Source: Octopus bimaculoides
Lineage: Eukaryota
DNA: 64,000 bases
Assembly (NCBI RefSeq): GCF_001194135.2
Contig: NC_068982.1
Location: 10,968,617-11,032,616 of the forward strand
Reading direction: 5' to 3'
Part shown: piece after piece, positions 50,426 to 64,000 of the stretch
How the letters are laid out: every line of letters starts with the position of its first letter
Position numbering within the stretch: position 1 is the first letter of the stretch
Notes under the pieces: generated by a model
The model's database searches: none
Told to the model about the DNA's origin: nothing
What the model saw: only the letters and a program-made list of their open reading frames with translations
Made by a program: the position numbers and the translations under genes

Positions 50426-53400
50426 CCATTGTTCTTAGACGGTACACTTAATCCGTTATTAGTTTCAATACCATCACCTAGCTCTTAAGTACATTAGAGG
50501 AGTATGCGTCCATGAGCATTTTAAAAGTCTCTAAGACTGGTAGGGAGGAGGGAAATATTATCTTTAGACCAAAAATCAAGTCTTATGTAGAGACCTTTAA
50601 AATGTTCATGGTCATGGACGCCATCTTTTATCGTCTGGTAAAGTCATTAAAAACATTATTTGAAAAGAGAGTTAATTATATTAAATGTTCGTAGTGCTTT
50701 GTGGGGACTGTAAAAGTCGAATTAAGGATTTAGAAGGATTTCGCTTCATAGCCTTTACTTTCGAACCTCTTAATGTTGAGATCGTATTGCTTTTGAATTT
50801 GCTTTGGTTCTCCATTAATTTCGGGATTAATGAATGCGGTGCCAACGATATACTTGAGAAATGACGTTCATTTATTTGACCCCAGTCATTACAGATCGAC
50901 CTGTAACTGATCAAATGAAATTGATATTATTTCTTTTGAATGTATTACAAGTTGTAGTTTGTGAATACCATTAGCGGGATGATTTTCTACTATGTCTACA
51001 AGTCAGCATGGATTAAAGCTTATCTATAGCCATTTGAGTTCACAATGATTTTGAGAGAGAGGCATGTATTTTGTGCTGTCTCATCTCCCTCCCTAATTAA
51101 TATGTGGCTTTGTGCTTACAGCAAAACTAAATGAAGTCGAACTGATTAACAACACTGATTAATTATCGTAATGTCAAGAACTTAACTACTGCAGCTGGTG
51201 TGTTGCTCTTATTTAATAACGATGATAGTGAAGATGCTCTTTTTATACAAAATCGTAAATAGAATTACAGCCAAAACTTCTGATTCTTACTCTTTGTAAC
51301 CATTTTTTTTACCATTTTTTTTTATTCATAAAACTATTTCAGGAAAGCACTTTAAATTCCTATGCCCGCCAGATTAAGGAGGCAGTCAAATATGACCATA
51401 TGTTTTATGTAGTTGGTTTGTTTACGCCTAGCTTGTTAGTTTATGAAAACCGCTGTTTGTTTCCTTTGACCTGTGAAGCATAAATAATGGACCGTATTGA
51501 TGAACAATAACTTTATTACTGTATCTGCATTAAATTACTTTACATATATTATTCAAATATTTGTTGCTGTTCTTTAACTCTAACCAAACCGGTGATCAAA
51601 CAGTATGCACCTTCTCACCTTTCAGTCAGATTCGAATCCTACCGGTGTGGACGTAGTCTTTCATCCCCCTTTGTTTAATAAATGTGTACCTGTTATATAG
51701 TATTGATATAGTTCAATTATATATGTACTTTCCTCTAAAATATCCCAGGTCAAGTATTCTTGGAAACGATGTCACAACATCTAATAGAGCTTATGAATGA
51801 TTTTGCTCACAGAAGAACGAGGATCGACTCATTCAATGGACTTCAGTAATTCAAGTTTCAAAATCTCCTTAAGTGGGTTGCAACATGCTATTGAGACATT
51901 CTGTCTCTATTATTCCAACACAATTGATTAAAACCATCGCGGTATTGGATATCATGTACGCTGTAGTTCCCTTATCTTGTACACGACATTGCGTTGTTGC
52001 AGTGATACATGAGTAAAAAAATGATTCTTTTATATTGGAGATGATTTCATGATGATTTACTGGATATATAAAGATCAATTGAATTGGTTTATTACAACAC
52101 ATACCTAAGTTGTCAATTGATGATAGACCATAAAACTGACTAATAATTGACGGGTGCTTTTCAATACAAAGCAATCTTTATACAGTGAAAAGAAGGCAGT
52201 TGATATTACTCCAAAGTTAACTGGCTTTGTGATGTTCGTTATGCTTTCACAAAATACACTATTGTGCTAATACCAATGATTGTGCAGTTTATCACACTAC
52301 CAAATCTACTGTCGTCAGATCGTTCTACTGATGAGCAGTGACGATTGTTATGTACTAAATCACGTACGAAGTTGAGATATGGAACTGATCTTTGCTTCTT
52401 TACGTCATATCTTGGTTACTTGCCGCATGGCCGCAATAATGCGATATGCTTCGACGAGTGATATAGCCCTCTCTGTCTAGGGTGGAAATTTTTCATATGC
52501 CCCTGCGTAATATATGCAATTATGTGTGAATTTTGTTTTAATAAGAGACTAGGTGTACTTTAAGGTTTTGTTTCAAATTTCATTCTGCCTGCCATTTGCG
52601 CCAAATTTACTCTGATGAACGACACAAAGAAAATTATATCGCAAAAAGTTGTCGACGCTCGAACACACACACACACACACACACTCGCTCGTTCGTTCTG
52701 TCCATTTTCTTCTCTTTACACTAAACAACAATCCACACATTTCACTGCATCGGTTCTTCACCGAACAAATAGCCCTTTCAATTCTTTTCTCGTTGGGATT
52801 TATAAGAAACATTTTATTGGGATAAACTGTTTATCTTTGTCCCTTTCAAACTAGTTTGTATATAAGAATAAATAAATAAATAAAAAGAGTAGAGAACAAG
52901 TTCTATACGAGATCAGATCTCATGCGAACTACTTAACTTTATTTAATTTTCGTGCTAGAAATTTACAATGACAGTGTTGGACTCCGCTAAGATGACTTCA
53001 CTCAGAAACACAACATGAAGAAGAGTTTATTAGTAACCCAACGGCACATTAGCAATTACAATACATTTCGATTTCCCATAGGTTTCATTCGTAGTAGTTC
53101 TAAGATAGAGAATATGAGCTTGTAACTCGAATTAATCAAGCGAAGTAATGCATTTCAAATTGGAGATCAAAACTGTGTCTCTATTGTGGTTCATCTATGA
53201 ATTTATCTCTGTACAATATCATCAATTTCTGCTTAAATCTAATTAACTTCCATATGAGAAGATTAATTCTTAGCACCAAATTATATGGTAGCTCCTCGTT
53301 ACTTCAACATTCTTTTATTTTCTGCGTCTTTGTCTCTTTTATTTGTCTCTGTGTGCGTTTCTCTTCTGATGTGAGATAAATGTAATAACAGGAATTTAGA

Positions 53401-53584
53401 GCTAAACCTGTGACGTAAGACAAAATTAGTGGCACGATATAAGAACAGTGATGACTTCTTATCTACTCGACCATTTTAATTCGTTCTATATTTGTCTATT
53501 TGNNNNNNNNNNNNNNNNNNNNNNNNNNNNNNNNNNNNNNNNNNNNNNNNNNNNNNNNNNNNNNNNNNNNNNNNNNNNNNNNNN

Positions 53585-53620
<36 letters not shown>

Positions 53621-53674
53621 CCTATCGTTAGTGACAAAAACAGTTCTGTAAAATTGGTTTCAAATGAGTTGTGC

Positions 53675-53858
53675 AATTTCAAAGGAAGGGGTAAGTGGAT
53701 TACATCGACCCCAGTATTCAACTGGTATTTATTTTATCGATCCTGAAAGGACGAAAGGCATCATCGACCTCGGCGAAATTTGAACCCAGAACGTAACGAC
53801 GGAGGAAATGCTGCTGAACATTTTGCCCGACATGCTAACCATTCTGGTAGCTCGCAGC
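53675..53858 (-). mobile_element. SINE family B
   Basis: gattacatcgaccccagtattcaactggtatttattttatcgatcctgaaaggacgaaaggc..tcgacctcggcgaaatttgaacccagaacg. Confidence 0.88.
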
Positions 53859-54532
53859 CTAAAAACAGCACTGCAGTATTGGATGGTTGTCTGAATCTGG
53901 TATCCCCAGCCTCGAGTTTTGAATACCTTTGAGGGGCCGAATTAGTTGCAAGCATCTGAAAATGTTCTCTGGTCTAAGGCCATCATGGGAAACCCTACAA
54001 AATGATGACGGTCGTTCTCTCTTCTATAATTAACCCATTTCTGCCGAAATTTTTCTAGCGAATGAAATTGCCTGAAAATTCACAGATACTATTATTTTGA
54101 CCTAAATAGCAACCGAAAAAAAAAATTCATTGAAATCCGTTTGATAAAGACTGCATACGCATTAAGAACATGTTTCATTCTTTGATACAGATCATACACA
54201 AATCACAATCTGTATCAAGTATTTGTATTAATCCTTTATAAATTAAGTGTCAATTTAAATGGACGATCGACATGAATGGGTTAATCCATTAAAAGAATAT
54301 TTAAAAGTAACTTCCCTTCCCCTTCTTTCTTTGTAATTGTTTGTTTTGCTTTGTTTTGTTTTTTGAGATTTTCTTGCCTTTCAAATCCCTTTGTAGTCGT
54401 TTTCACCTTTCATCTATTTGGAATTAATAAAAAAAAAAACAACACTCATTGGTTGATTCTATTAACTAAACTCCCACTCTGTATATTAGTTTAATGTCTC
54501 TCTAAAAATTGAGAATTTATCAAGTTACGAAT

Positions 54533-54744
54533 CTTTTCTACTCTAAGCACAAGGCTCGAAATTTTGGGAGAGGGGACCAGTCGATTAGATCGATCCCAGT
54601 ACACAACTGGTACTTAATTTATCGACCCCGAAATGATGAAAGGCAAAGTCAACCTCGGCAGAATTTGAATTCAGAACGTAAAGACAAACGAAATACCTCT
54701 AAACATTTCGCCCGGTGTGCTAACGTTTCTGCCAGCTTACCACC
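54533..54744 (-). mobile_element. SINE family B, full length with perfect 16-bp target-site duplication
   Basis: ttatcaagttacgaat at both 54517-54532 and 54745-54760. Confidence 0.95.
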
Positions 54745-56211
54745 TTATCAAGTTACGAATATTATATAATAGAGTTCAGTTACTGATTCTAATTTGTTTC
54801 AATTGAGCTCCTAAAAGACAATCGTGAATGTTGCGATTTCTTTTCTCTCTTTTACACAGGAGCACGATATTATTCTTGGTCATGAAGACCAACAAATATC
54901 ATGGAACATGCCAATCGAATTATTTTCAGGTTACGAAAAATTAACATTTTAAAGATATACACGACATGTCCATCGATGAGCTCGTAGTAGGTAGATGTCA
55001 TAAAGCTGTTTCAGTTTTCATTTACAACACTTTTATTTCTCTAACACTCATAACACCATTAGAACATACATCAAGAATGTCCGAATATTCTACTTTACAA
55101 TATATAGCATACGTATGTGTTTTACATATACACACACAAACAAATATATATATATATGTACACATTCAGACGTCACCATTAAAGTTATGATAACCAATAA
55201 AATATGACAACAAAGAAACTTTAAAAGTAAGACCAAATAGAATGTTACATATTTTCGATGTTGGAATTTTACTCTAAAAATTTACCATTACAGTTAATTT
55301 TTCAACGTTTATAAACAATAAATAAATGACAGCGTTCTTACAACGTCTTTTCCGTTCCATCAAAAAATCAAAAAGGTAAATTTATTTATAATGATTTTAA
55401 CATACGCATAATATCTCAAATGTAGAGATGGATATACTTAGTAAGACCAGCCTCCTGGTACTAACTTTGTCATACATGGTATGAACAGTAAAAGTGCCTT
55501 CGGTGTATTGAACTCCACTTTTCACCTATACAAAAGAATTCGATTGTACTTTTCTTGTTATGATACATAATGTTTGCCTAATGTTTCCAAAGATTGATTT
55601 ATATAATTAGAATATTGGGTGACATCCAATGACAATCAATAAAACTCTTGATTCGCGTATTATATACAAGATCTAAAAACTTTGCCTAAGGTTAATTAAG
55701 TTATTGTAATTCGTTCGTTGATCTTTAGAGATAATATTATTACTAAGAAATAAAACAGAAGTCAGATAACAACATTAGTTATTGCAAAGAATATTCTAAA
55801 TATTTTATGTTGATGGTGCCATTCCTATGAATTGTATTCCAACAGAAATCTTATTTGTTTAAGAACAGACTGTTAGTAAACAAAAGAAATAATAAAAAAA
55901 TAGCAGAAGCTAAAACTACAGAATAAAAAGCGAGGTGGGAAGTAGCTGGGACGAAATAACTAGTTTAGCAAACTTTGTAGGAAGTCTTTATTTCGTTTTA
56001 TTTCGTTTCGTTTAATCAATCATTATGTGATATATTTATTCACTTTTATAAAGTAAATACTAGTAATTACAAGAGTTGATTTATAGACTACACTTCCACC
56101 TCTTCAAACTTGTCTTTGAGCCCGTTAATAAGAAATCAATTTATAGCTAATGTTAGTTTTATTCAATTCATAATTATCCATTCATTTGTTTTTTGTGGTG
56201 TTTTTTGTGTG

Positions 56212-56234
56212 ACTGTGTGTGTGTGTGTGTCTGT

Positions 56235-56327
<93 letters not shown>
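56212..56327. repeat. (TG)n microsatellite
   Basis: Direct reading. Confidence 0.98.
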
Positions 56328-56329
<2 letters not shown>

Positions 56330-57180
56330 GTTTGTTTTTTTCACACTAATTCTATTACAGTGTCTTCTTTTTACACATTTTTACACTTGTTTTGTATTTT
56401 TGGAAGTGACAGTTTAGTGTCAGTAAACGTAAAAAATAAAGCAGCAAGCGAAAACGAGGATATGTAAGAGGAGGTTACTGCCAGAAATGGGAAGAGTTGT
56501 AGCTATTAAGAAGGATGAAAAAACACACACACAAAGATTAATATAAAACGAAAGACATTTATCTATATTGTTAACTGTTTATTTTCTACATGACTTTTTC
56601 AGAAAAGAAAGGAGAGTGTTCGTGACAATTGCAGAACCTCCTGAACTGACGGGAGGAGGGCAGACCCGTCAAGAAATGTTGCAACAGAAACTATTCCACT
56701 AAATGCACCCAGAGGGTGGCACTACAATTATTAATGGATAATTTCTACCACTCAAAAATAAGAATGTCCCCCCTCCTTGTAGGCTTTGCACAGTTTTAAT
56801 CTATCAAATTTCGTTCACAAACCTTGATCATCACATATTTATGATAGAAAAGTGCTGAGCAATGAAACTGAATCCGCAACGCTGTACCTTTAAAAAGAAC
56901 TTCTTATACGCTTATCAGTTACAAATTAAAAGTTAATTTCATTATTCTTAACACAAAACCGTGTGCGCTCATTGACGATAACAACCAAATACATCTAGTA
57001 GACACACATAGATAAGCATGTATGTGCATACAATATTAAATACATATATGCGTGAGACCGCCAATAACAATATACAAATAGGTGTATGAGTAACCAAACA
57101 TGCATATATATATGTGTGTGTTGTGGGAATGTATGCATATACGTATCTATAAATATATATATACTTTTAGAATTTTGGCC

Positions 57181-57227
57181 GCTTAGAGCTGTTTCCAGGA
57201 TATTTATTATATCCCTTCATCGGAGAC
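57181..57227 (-). ncRNA. CCGAUGA-core hammerhead motif copy (stem III and stem I partly mutated)
   Basis: Minus strand: GUCU-CCGAUGA-AGGGAUAUAAUAAAUAUCCUG-GAA-ACAGCUCU-A-AGC. Confidence 0.5.
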
Positions 57228-57339
57228 GGTGTGAGAGGATGGTTAAGCAATAGTTAATTTAGATAAGATAGGAAATAGCGAGTGAATGCAGGGATGTTGT
57301 ATTTGTAAATCCATTGTTGAGGTAGAATGGTATACATTG

Positions 57340-57535
57340 TGTTTGTGTATCTGTGTTTGTACTCCCACTGTCACTTAACAACCGACGTTGGTGTGTTTTT
57401 GTCCCCGTAACTTAGCGGTTACCGCTAGAATAAGTACTAGGCTTACAAAGAATAAGTTGATTTGTTCAACTAAAGGCGATGCTCCAGCATGGCCGCAGTC
57501 AAATAACTGAAACAAGTAAAAGAATGAAAGAATAA
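57340..57535 (+). mobile_element. SINE family A 3' half with internal deletions
   Basis: gtccccgtaacttagcggtt...gaataagtactaggcttacaaagaataag...gctccagcatggccgcagtcaaataactgaaacaagtaaaag. Confidence 0.88.
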
Positions 57536-58604
57536 ATACAAAAGACCAGTTAGTCCCTGCAGTTCTCATTTCTGTTATAGTCCTACCTAAAAATTTGTAT
57601 CATTTTGATAAACCATTGTTGCCTACGTTGGTACCAGTGCGGAAAAAATGGTGGTGATGTTCCAGAAAATAGGGTCTGTAATGTAACATGGAATCTCTAT
57701 TAAGCCAATCCACTTCACTTCAGTTTATTTGTTCTTCATACCTAGAACTGCCAACCAGTTTCAATTACCTTGGGGATGGACGATGCTCGCTAAGTTAATT
57801 TCTATAGATGAATGTCACAACACCTAATAAACTTAATGGACCTGATGACCCACAAAGTCCTAAGAGGGATGGGGTTGCTTCCCTTTATTATACTGTATAT
57901 AATGACGATAAAATAAACTTCGAATGTAATACAATTATCATTTGACTTATCAGATTATAGGACACATTTTCAGCGTCTAACTTGAAAAGTTAGAGATAAT
58001 AATAATAATCAGATTTCAAAACAGACTCTTTGTTAGGTCTATTCTGACTAACCTCAAGTTTTCATTAAGATATTAATCTAATTCTGTTTACCTTAATATG
58101 CTTTAATGTTTCTTTTTTTTATTATTATATATAACTATAAATCTTGAATTGTCGTGTTCCATGTTCTTTTCGGCTAAATGTTCAAAGCGAACATGAGAAA
58201 TGTCGTCATATATACATTAGTTATTTTTATGGTAATTGGTATTGCCGCAGAGATAAACTCTATTATAATTATGTATTCCATCGACATAAGAACACAAATG
58301 TCACGAACATTGCTCTAGCAGATTTTAGATCAAAGAAAAATAATTTTTTACGATAGAAAATAAAAGAATACGTATCTATCTTTGAACTAAAACATGAGTT
58401 GTACAATCATTGGACACGTTACATTTAGTAGAAATACAAACTTTTAGAAAATTAAACGAATGTTATAATAAACGATGCGAGAGACTGCGTTGAAAGAATG
58501 TATTTGGGGAAAGAGTGAACATGAAAACTTATAGCAAACAGTAACTCATAATTTTTTGTTTATCATAATTAGCAAAATTAAGTAGAAAGAAATTAATACT
58601 GATA

Positions 58605-58742
58605 TCAAGGATAATCTGGATCTCGACTGAAGAGAGAAAACTCCGAATGACCTGTCCGTGTTTTCTTTGTATCGTCCATCTGGATGTTTTGTCCCTTTCT
58701 TGTATCACCTGTCTGGATGTTTTGTGTTCTTATCCCATTCTG

Positions 58743-58745
<3 letters not shown>
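58605..58745 (+). repeat. Dispersed repeat terminus related to 14085-14200
   Basis: Shared ctcgac.ga.ga.agaaaactccgaatgacc.gtcc; ends at (TA)n. Confidence 0.7.
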
Positions 58746-58775
<30 letters not shown>

Positions 58776-58776
<1 letters not shown>

Positions 58777-58819
58777 GAGGGTGTGCTGAAAAGTTACTTT
58801 GAGAGAATCACGAAAGGCC
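58776..58819. mobile_element. Probable mariner-type TIR end running into an assembly gap
   Basis: TA|cgagggtgtgctgaaaagtt resembles the TIR start at 44925 (TA|cgaggggtg) and sits at the end of a (TA)n tract. Confidence 0.5.
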
Positions 58820-59222
58820 NNNNNNNNNNNNNNNNNNNNNNNNNNNNNNNNNNNNNNNNNNNNNNNNNNNNNNNNNNNNNNNNNNNNNNNNNNNNNNNNN
58901 NNNNNNNNNNNNNNNNNNNNNNNNNNNNNNNNNNNNNNNNNNNNNNNNNNNNNNNNNNNNNNNNNNNNNNNNNNNNNNNNNNNNNNNNNNNNNNNNNNNN
59001 NNNNNNNNNNNNNNNNNNNNNNNNNNNNNNNNNNNNNNNNNNNNNNNNNNNNNNNNNNNNNNNNNNNNNNNNNNNNNNNNNNNNNNNNNNGAGGAATATA
59101 ACCAATATCGAAAACACATAAACATGGTATGTGTTTTGCCAGTTTGTGGCCAGGCTGCGATTTATAGACGTAAGAGAATGTCTTCTCGTCAATTCACCTC
59201 GTTTTTAAATACCTGGAAGTTA

Positions 59223-59570
59223 CAGACAAGCGAGATAACTCTCACCAGGTCCTGTGACAGGAGTTATGGACATTAATATTTGATCATTTTTGTGACTTGT
59301 CAATATCACGTACCCGAAACGAAACCAGATGAAAGCTAAATAGCTGTCTATGACTACATGCAAAATCGTGAGAGAACCCATCTGCTGGTGTGTCATAACG
59401 TTTCATACCACGGAAAAAATTCAAATATGAATGAGAAGCAGCCCGACGGCGATTTAGCTTGAATCTTGCCACATTTAGGACACACGATATTCACAAGTCA
59501 CGAAAATGACGAAGAATTAATGCCTATCACTCCTATAACGGGATTTTATGTGAGTTATCTCGCTTGTCTA
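59223..59570. mobile_element. Old MITE-like element with about 84-bp diverged inverted arms
   Basis: agacaagcgagataactc...gtgacttgtcaatatc (59224-59307) pairs with gatattcacaagtcac...gagttatctcgcttgtct (59486-59569). The left end reads TA|cag. Confidence 0.55.
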
Positions 59571-59730
59571 GGACTTCCGTGCGAATTTATGAGAACATAT
59601 TTTCTTACGCCTATAATCGCAGTCTGCCCACGAACCGGCATAACACATAGCCTGTGTATGTGTGTTCGATATTGTTTATATATTGTGTATGTGTGTTCGA
59701 TATATATATATATATATATATATCATTATA

Positions 59731-59894
59731 AATATACAGGGATTAGCAATTGAGTTGCTTCTCCAACATACTGAAAATTTAGAAATAGCAGTCAAAGAAC
59801 TACTGATTCTAAACTACAAATTTTTTCTCTAAAGCGGATGGCGATATTTATGGCACACATAGAACAAAAAACCGGAGGGAAAAGCGTAAACAAA
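59731..59894. repeat. Second copy of the 12381 dispersed repeat, without the fold-back
   Basis: Near identical to 12381-12506 up to gatggcgatat, then continues with different sequence into a gap. Confidence 0.85.
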
Positions 59895-61877
59895 CCAAGC
59901 CTTTAGTTAATTGGNNNNNNNNNNNNNNNNNNNNNNNNNNNNNNNNNNNNNNNNNNNNNNNNNNNNNNNNNNNNNNNNNNNNNNNNNNNNNNNNNNNNNN
60001 NNNNNNNNNNNNNNNNNNNNNNNNNNNNNNNNNNNNNNNNNNNNNNNNNNNNNNNNNNNNNNNNNNNNNNNNNNNNNNNNNNNNNNNNNNNNNNNNNNNN
60101 NNNNNNNNNNNNNNNNNNNNNNNNNNNNNNNNNNNNNNNNNNNNNNNNNNNNNNNNNNNNNNNNNNNNNNNNNNNNNNNNNNNNNNNNNNNNNNNNNNNN
60201 NNNNNNNNNNNNNNNNNNNNNNNNNNNNNNNNNNNNNNNNNNNNNNNNNNNNNNNNNNNNNNNNNNNNNNNNNNNNNNNNNNNNNNNNNNNNNNNNNNNN
60301 NNNNNNNNNNNNNNNNNNNNNNNNNNNNNNNNNNNNNNNNNNNNNNNNNNNNNNNNNNNNNNNNNNNNNNNNNNNNNNNNNNNNNNNNNNNNNNNNNNNN
60401 NNNNNNNNNNNNNNNNNNNNNNNNNNNNNNNNNNNNNNNNNNNNNNNNNNNNNNNNNNNNNNNNNNNNNNNNNNNNNNNNNNNNNNNNNNNNNNNNNNNN
60501 NNNNNNNNNNNNNNNNNNNNNNNNNNNNNNNNNNNNNNNNNNNNNNNNNNNNNNNNNNNNNNNNNNNNNNNNNNNNNNNNNNNNNNNNNNNNNNNNNNNN
60601 NNNNNNNNNNNNNNNNNNNNNNNNNNNNNNNNNNNNNNNNNNNNNNNATATATATAATGACTGGCTTCTTCCAAGGGGAATTACTTCCCTGAAGGAGGAC
60701 TGGTTGATCATGACTTAAGCCTCATACAATTGCAGCACTGAAAAATATGGCGATGTATTGGAAAACGTGATAGCAATCATTAGTGGAAGTACATTGAAAA
60801 GGTTTCGTCATATGTTTGGTTCACAGAGATTTTATCTTTTACCTTACAGAGCTCACTGAAATATGTATCAATATCATATAAGATGGTTTCCATCATTTCA
60901 AGGATCTTATTTCACGTTTGATATTTTTTCTTTAATGGAAAGTTAAGTAAATAAGCGTTTATGTTAGATAAGTTAATAAGATATACCACGTAGTTTAAGC
61001 ATGTAACTTTCAAATCGAAAATGAAATAATGCAGTCTGTGGTGATTTGTGTCTATAAAGTATAATTTGGTAATATGTTAGTTGTATAAAACAGGCCAATA
61101 AATTTATATCTAAAATGCATTCATTAACTTACCCATTCTGAAAGTAGTAAATGGTATAATGTTGCGCATTGAATAAACTCGCACTGAAATTTAATAAATG
61201 GTTTTTAGCATTCATTCAAGATCACAAAATTTCGTATTAGTTTCATCGACATCAATATCTTATATTTTCCTGATTTACCATCTCTATCGACACGTAATCA
61301 ACGAAAATGATTTCAGAAGATAGCAGCTGGGCTTACAATGTTCGTTTTCCTTGGGAACATTCAGAGCTAAATAAAATAACAGCATCTCGGAATTGAACAT
61401 ACGTTCAAGTTTCAGTTTGTTTAGAACTCTGTCGGTGTCCTTTCATGCATACATACTAACATAGAGCATCCGTTTATAAGATTCTCTTTCAAACCTTAAC
61501 ACCTACAGTGAGCCACGATACACCTGATTTGAAAAGTGTTAGTCTTTAACATAGCTATTATACCAGCTGGAAATATGATCCATATATCTACAATGAAGCT
61601 ATCAATAGATTCAAAAACATCAAATAAAATATAAGAAAAGTTCCTGATGATTTTGAAGAGAATAGATGTACTCCGAGTGCAAGGCAGTACGGAAACTCAT
61701 CAATGCAGACTAACTACAAACTCGTTTGATTACAGATGACTATTTACTGTTTACAGCAGTTGCCTTCAGCTATTTCCGTCTGTTGTGATTTAGTTTATAC
61801 CAATGTTCTTAAAATGTGTAGTGTTAGACGCAATACGTACAAATCTGATTTTTAATTGAAAATATACCTGTGCGTGT

Positions 61878-61882
61878 ATGTG

Positions 61883-61961
<79 letters not shown>
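61878..61961. repeat. (TG)n microsatellite preceding an about 950-N gap
   Basis: Direct reading. Confidence 0.97.
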
Positions 61962-61962
<1 letters not shown>

Positions 61963-62911
61963 NNNNNNNNNNNNNNNNNNNNNNNNNNNNNNNNNNNNNN
62001 NNNNNNNNNNNNNNNNNNNNNNNNNNNNNNNNNNNNNNNNNNNNNNNNNNNNNNNNNNNNNNNNNNNNNNNNNNNNNNNNNNNNNNNNNNNNNNNNNNNN
62101 NNNNNNNNNNNNNNNNNNNNNNNNNNNNNNNNNNNNNNNNNNNNNNNNNNNNNNNNNNNNNNNNNNNNNNNNNNNNNNNNNNNNNNNNNNNNNNNNNNNN
62201 NNNNNNNNNNNNNNNNNNNNNNNNNNNNNNNNNNNNNNNNNNNNNNNNNNNNNNNNNNNNNNNNNNNNNNNNNNNNNNNNNNNNNNNNNNNNNNNNNNNN
62301 NNNNNNNNNNNNNNNNNNNNNNNNNNNNNNNNNNNNNNNNNNNNNNNNNNNNNNNNNNNNNNNNNNNNNNNNNNNNNNNNNNNNNNNNNNNNNNNNNNNN
62401 NNNNNNNNNNNNNNNNNNNNNNNNNNNNNNNNNNNNNNNNNNNNNNNNNNNNNNNNNNNNNNNNNNNNNNNNNNNNNNNNNNNNNNNNNNNNNNNNNNNN
62501 NNNNNNNNNNNNNNNNNNNNNNNNNNNNNNNNNNNNNNNNNNNNNNNNNNNNNNNNNNNNNNNNNNNNNNNNNNNNNNNNNNNNNNNNNNNNNNNNNNNN
62601 NNNNNNNNNNNNNNNNNNNNNNNNNNNNNNNNNNNNNNNNNNNNNNNNNNNNNNNNNNNNNNNNNNNNNNNNNNNNNNNNNNNNNNNNNNNNNNNNNNNN
62701 NNNNNNNNNNNNNNNNNNNNNNNNNNNNNNNNNNNNNNNNNNNNNNNNNNNNNNNNNNNNNNNNNNNNNNNNNNNNNNNNNNNNNNNNNNNNNNNNNNNN
62801 NNNNNNNNNNNNNNNNNNNNNNNNNNNNNNNNNNNNNNNNNNNNNNNNNNNNNNNNNNNNNNNNNNNNNNNNNNNNNNNNNNNNNNNNNNNNNNNNNNNN
62901 NNNNNNNNNNN

Positions 62912-62944
<33 letters not shown>

Positions 62945-63204
62945 AAGAAAGATAGACCTTGATAGTAACCCAAAAGAAACTGAACTAACTCTGTTACTTT
63001 CATTAATGTTATTAATTATTGAAGCTACACTATTATTAATTTCATCTTTGAATTTGTGCTATATCGAACTATTTTAAGAAATTGGTTTTAAAAATAAAAG
63101 AGTATTCCACCTACGGTACTCATGCAATTAGAGAGGCAGGAACTTTAAAACTAAAACACAAATAATGTTATACTTCTGATTTTAATATGTATGCCGGATC
63201 TTCA

Positions 63205-63385
63205 AGGCAGTGTTAGTACGCTAGGCAAAATGCTTAGTGGTATTTCATCCATGTTTAGGTTTTGAGTTCAAATTCCGCAGAGGTCGACTTTGCCTTTCAT
63301 CCTTTCGGAATCGATAAAAGAAGTACCAGTTGAACACTGGGGAGGTGGTCTGAACTTGCTGCTTGTGCCAAAATTTAAAATCGAT
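63205..63385 (+). mobile_element. SINE family B-related copy
   Basis: gcaaaatgcttagtggtatttc...gagttcaaattccgcagaggtcgactttgcctttcatcctttcggaatcgataaaagaagtaccagttg. Confidence 0.85.
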
Positions 63386-64000
63386 ATGTATGCTAGATCT
63401 CTTAAAATGTACAACCGCCTACTCAATTCCGCATGATACCGTACTCTGCATGAACAAAAATGATACATTTAATAATGTTATATAAATGTAGAAATCTGCG
63501 GGCGAATATCAGAACCTTCTTAATGTAACCCTTCATGTAAGTATGTTATTGCGCTAACACCAGGTACAGAATCAATGCTGAAGCTTATTGAGCTATCGCA
63601 ATAAATGAAAGTAATTTCTCTCGTAAAGCCTACGGCAGAATACTGCACCAATTTGAAAATTTTATGAGAAAATTAAATAAAATATCAAAGAAAAACGTCC
63701 TGTCTTTGATCCTTGTACATAGATCCATACACAGAGAATTGGAAATCAATTGTCTTTCCTTGAGGAATCAATAACCATTACATCAGTGTAACATACCTTT
63801 ATCTATTCTTGTAACATAATGCAAAGATAATATGCTTTATCCGTTCTCAATGTTGCACGACTCCAATATCTTCTTTCCATTCTAAATATAGTTGACGAAA
63901 GCTTATTCGATGTTATTACTTATTGCGTTCTTCTTCGCTGAGGAAAAGTGAAATATCTATTCTCTTTACGAGTTTACATATGATATTCACATTTTAAAAT

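Noticed and set aside
51869-52174. 101-aa minus ORF and internal ag|gtatgt donor
   Set aside because: No recognisable domain, and its length is compatible with chance.
3263-63077. Most ORFs in the supplied track (YI, CV, HT repeats and X runs)
   Set aside because: They are translations of microsatellites, N gaps, or antisense/SINE sequence, with no protein-like composition.
6843-63385. SINE strand bias as a sign of host-gene orientation
   Set aside because: Copies occur on both strands and the numbers are too small.
1-64000. CRISPR array, rRNA or prokaryotic operon
   Set aside because: No repeat-spacer array, no rRNA similarity and no gene-dense segment. The 14-bp array has no unique spacers.

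Overview
AT-rich, repeat-dense eukaryotic genomic DNA from a gapped short-read-type assembly, with many N runs next to (TA)n/(TG)n tracts. The SINE families present look like octopus tRNA-derived SINEs, so an Octopus origin is likely (inference, not verified). No complete protein-coding gene can be shown. Most ORFs in the track are microsatellite, gap or antisense artefacts. One convincing orphan coding exon lies at 27165-27428 (+). The window is otherwise dominated by: two abundant tRNA-derived SINE families (about 17 copies); two decayed R4/Dong-clade RLE non-LTR retrotransposon remnants; a FLYWCH/MULE fragment followed by two mariner elements; and many microsatellites. The most striking feature is a set of short repeats carrying minimal type I hammerhead-ribozyme motifs with palindromic stem III, of the kind known from Penelope-like element (PLE) pseudo-LTRs. 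These recur with long inverted repeats or fold-backs. One is a tRNA-headed SINE-like element with an intact-looking hammerhead, inserted as a head-to-head palindrome between 11-bp direct repeats. All alignments and translations were done by eye, so identities and boundaries are approximate.
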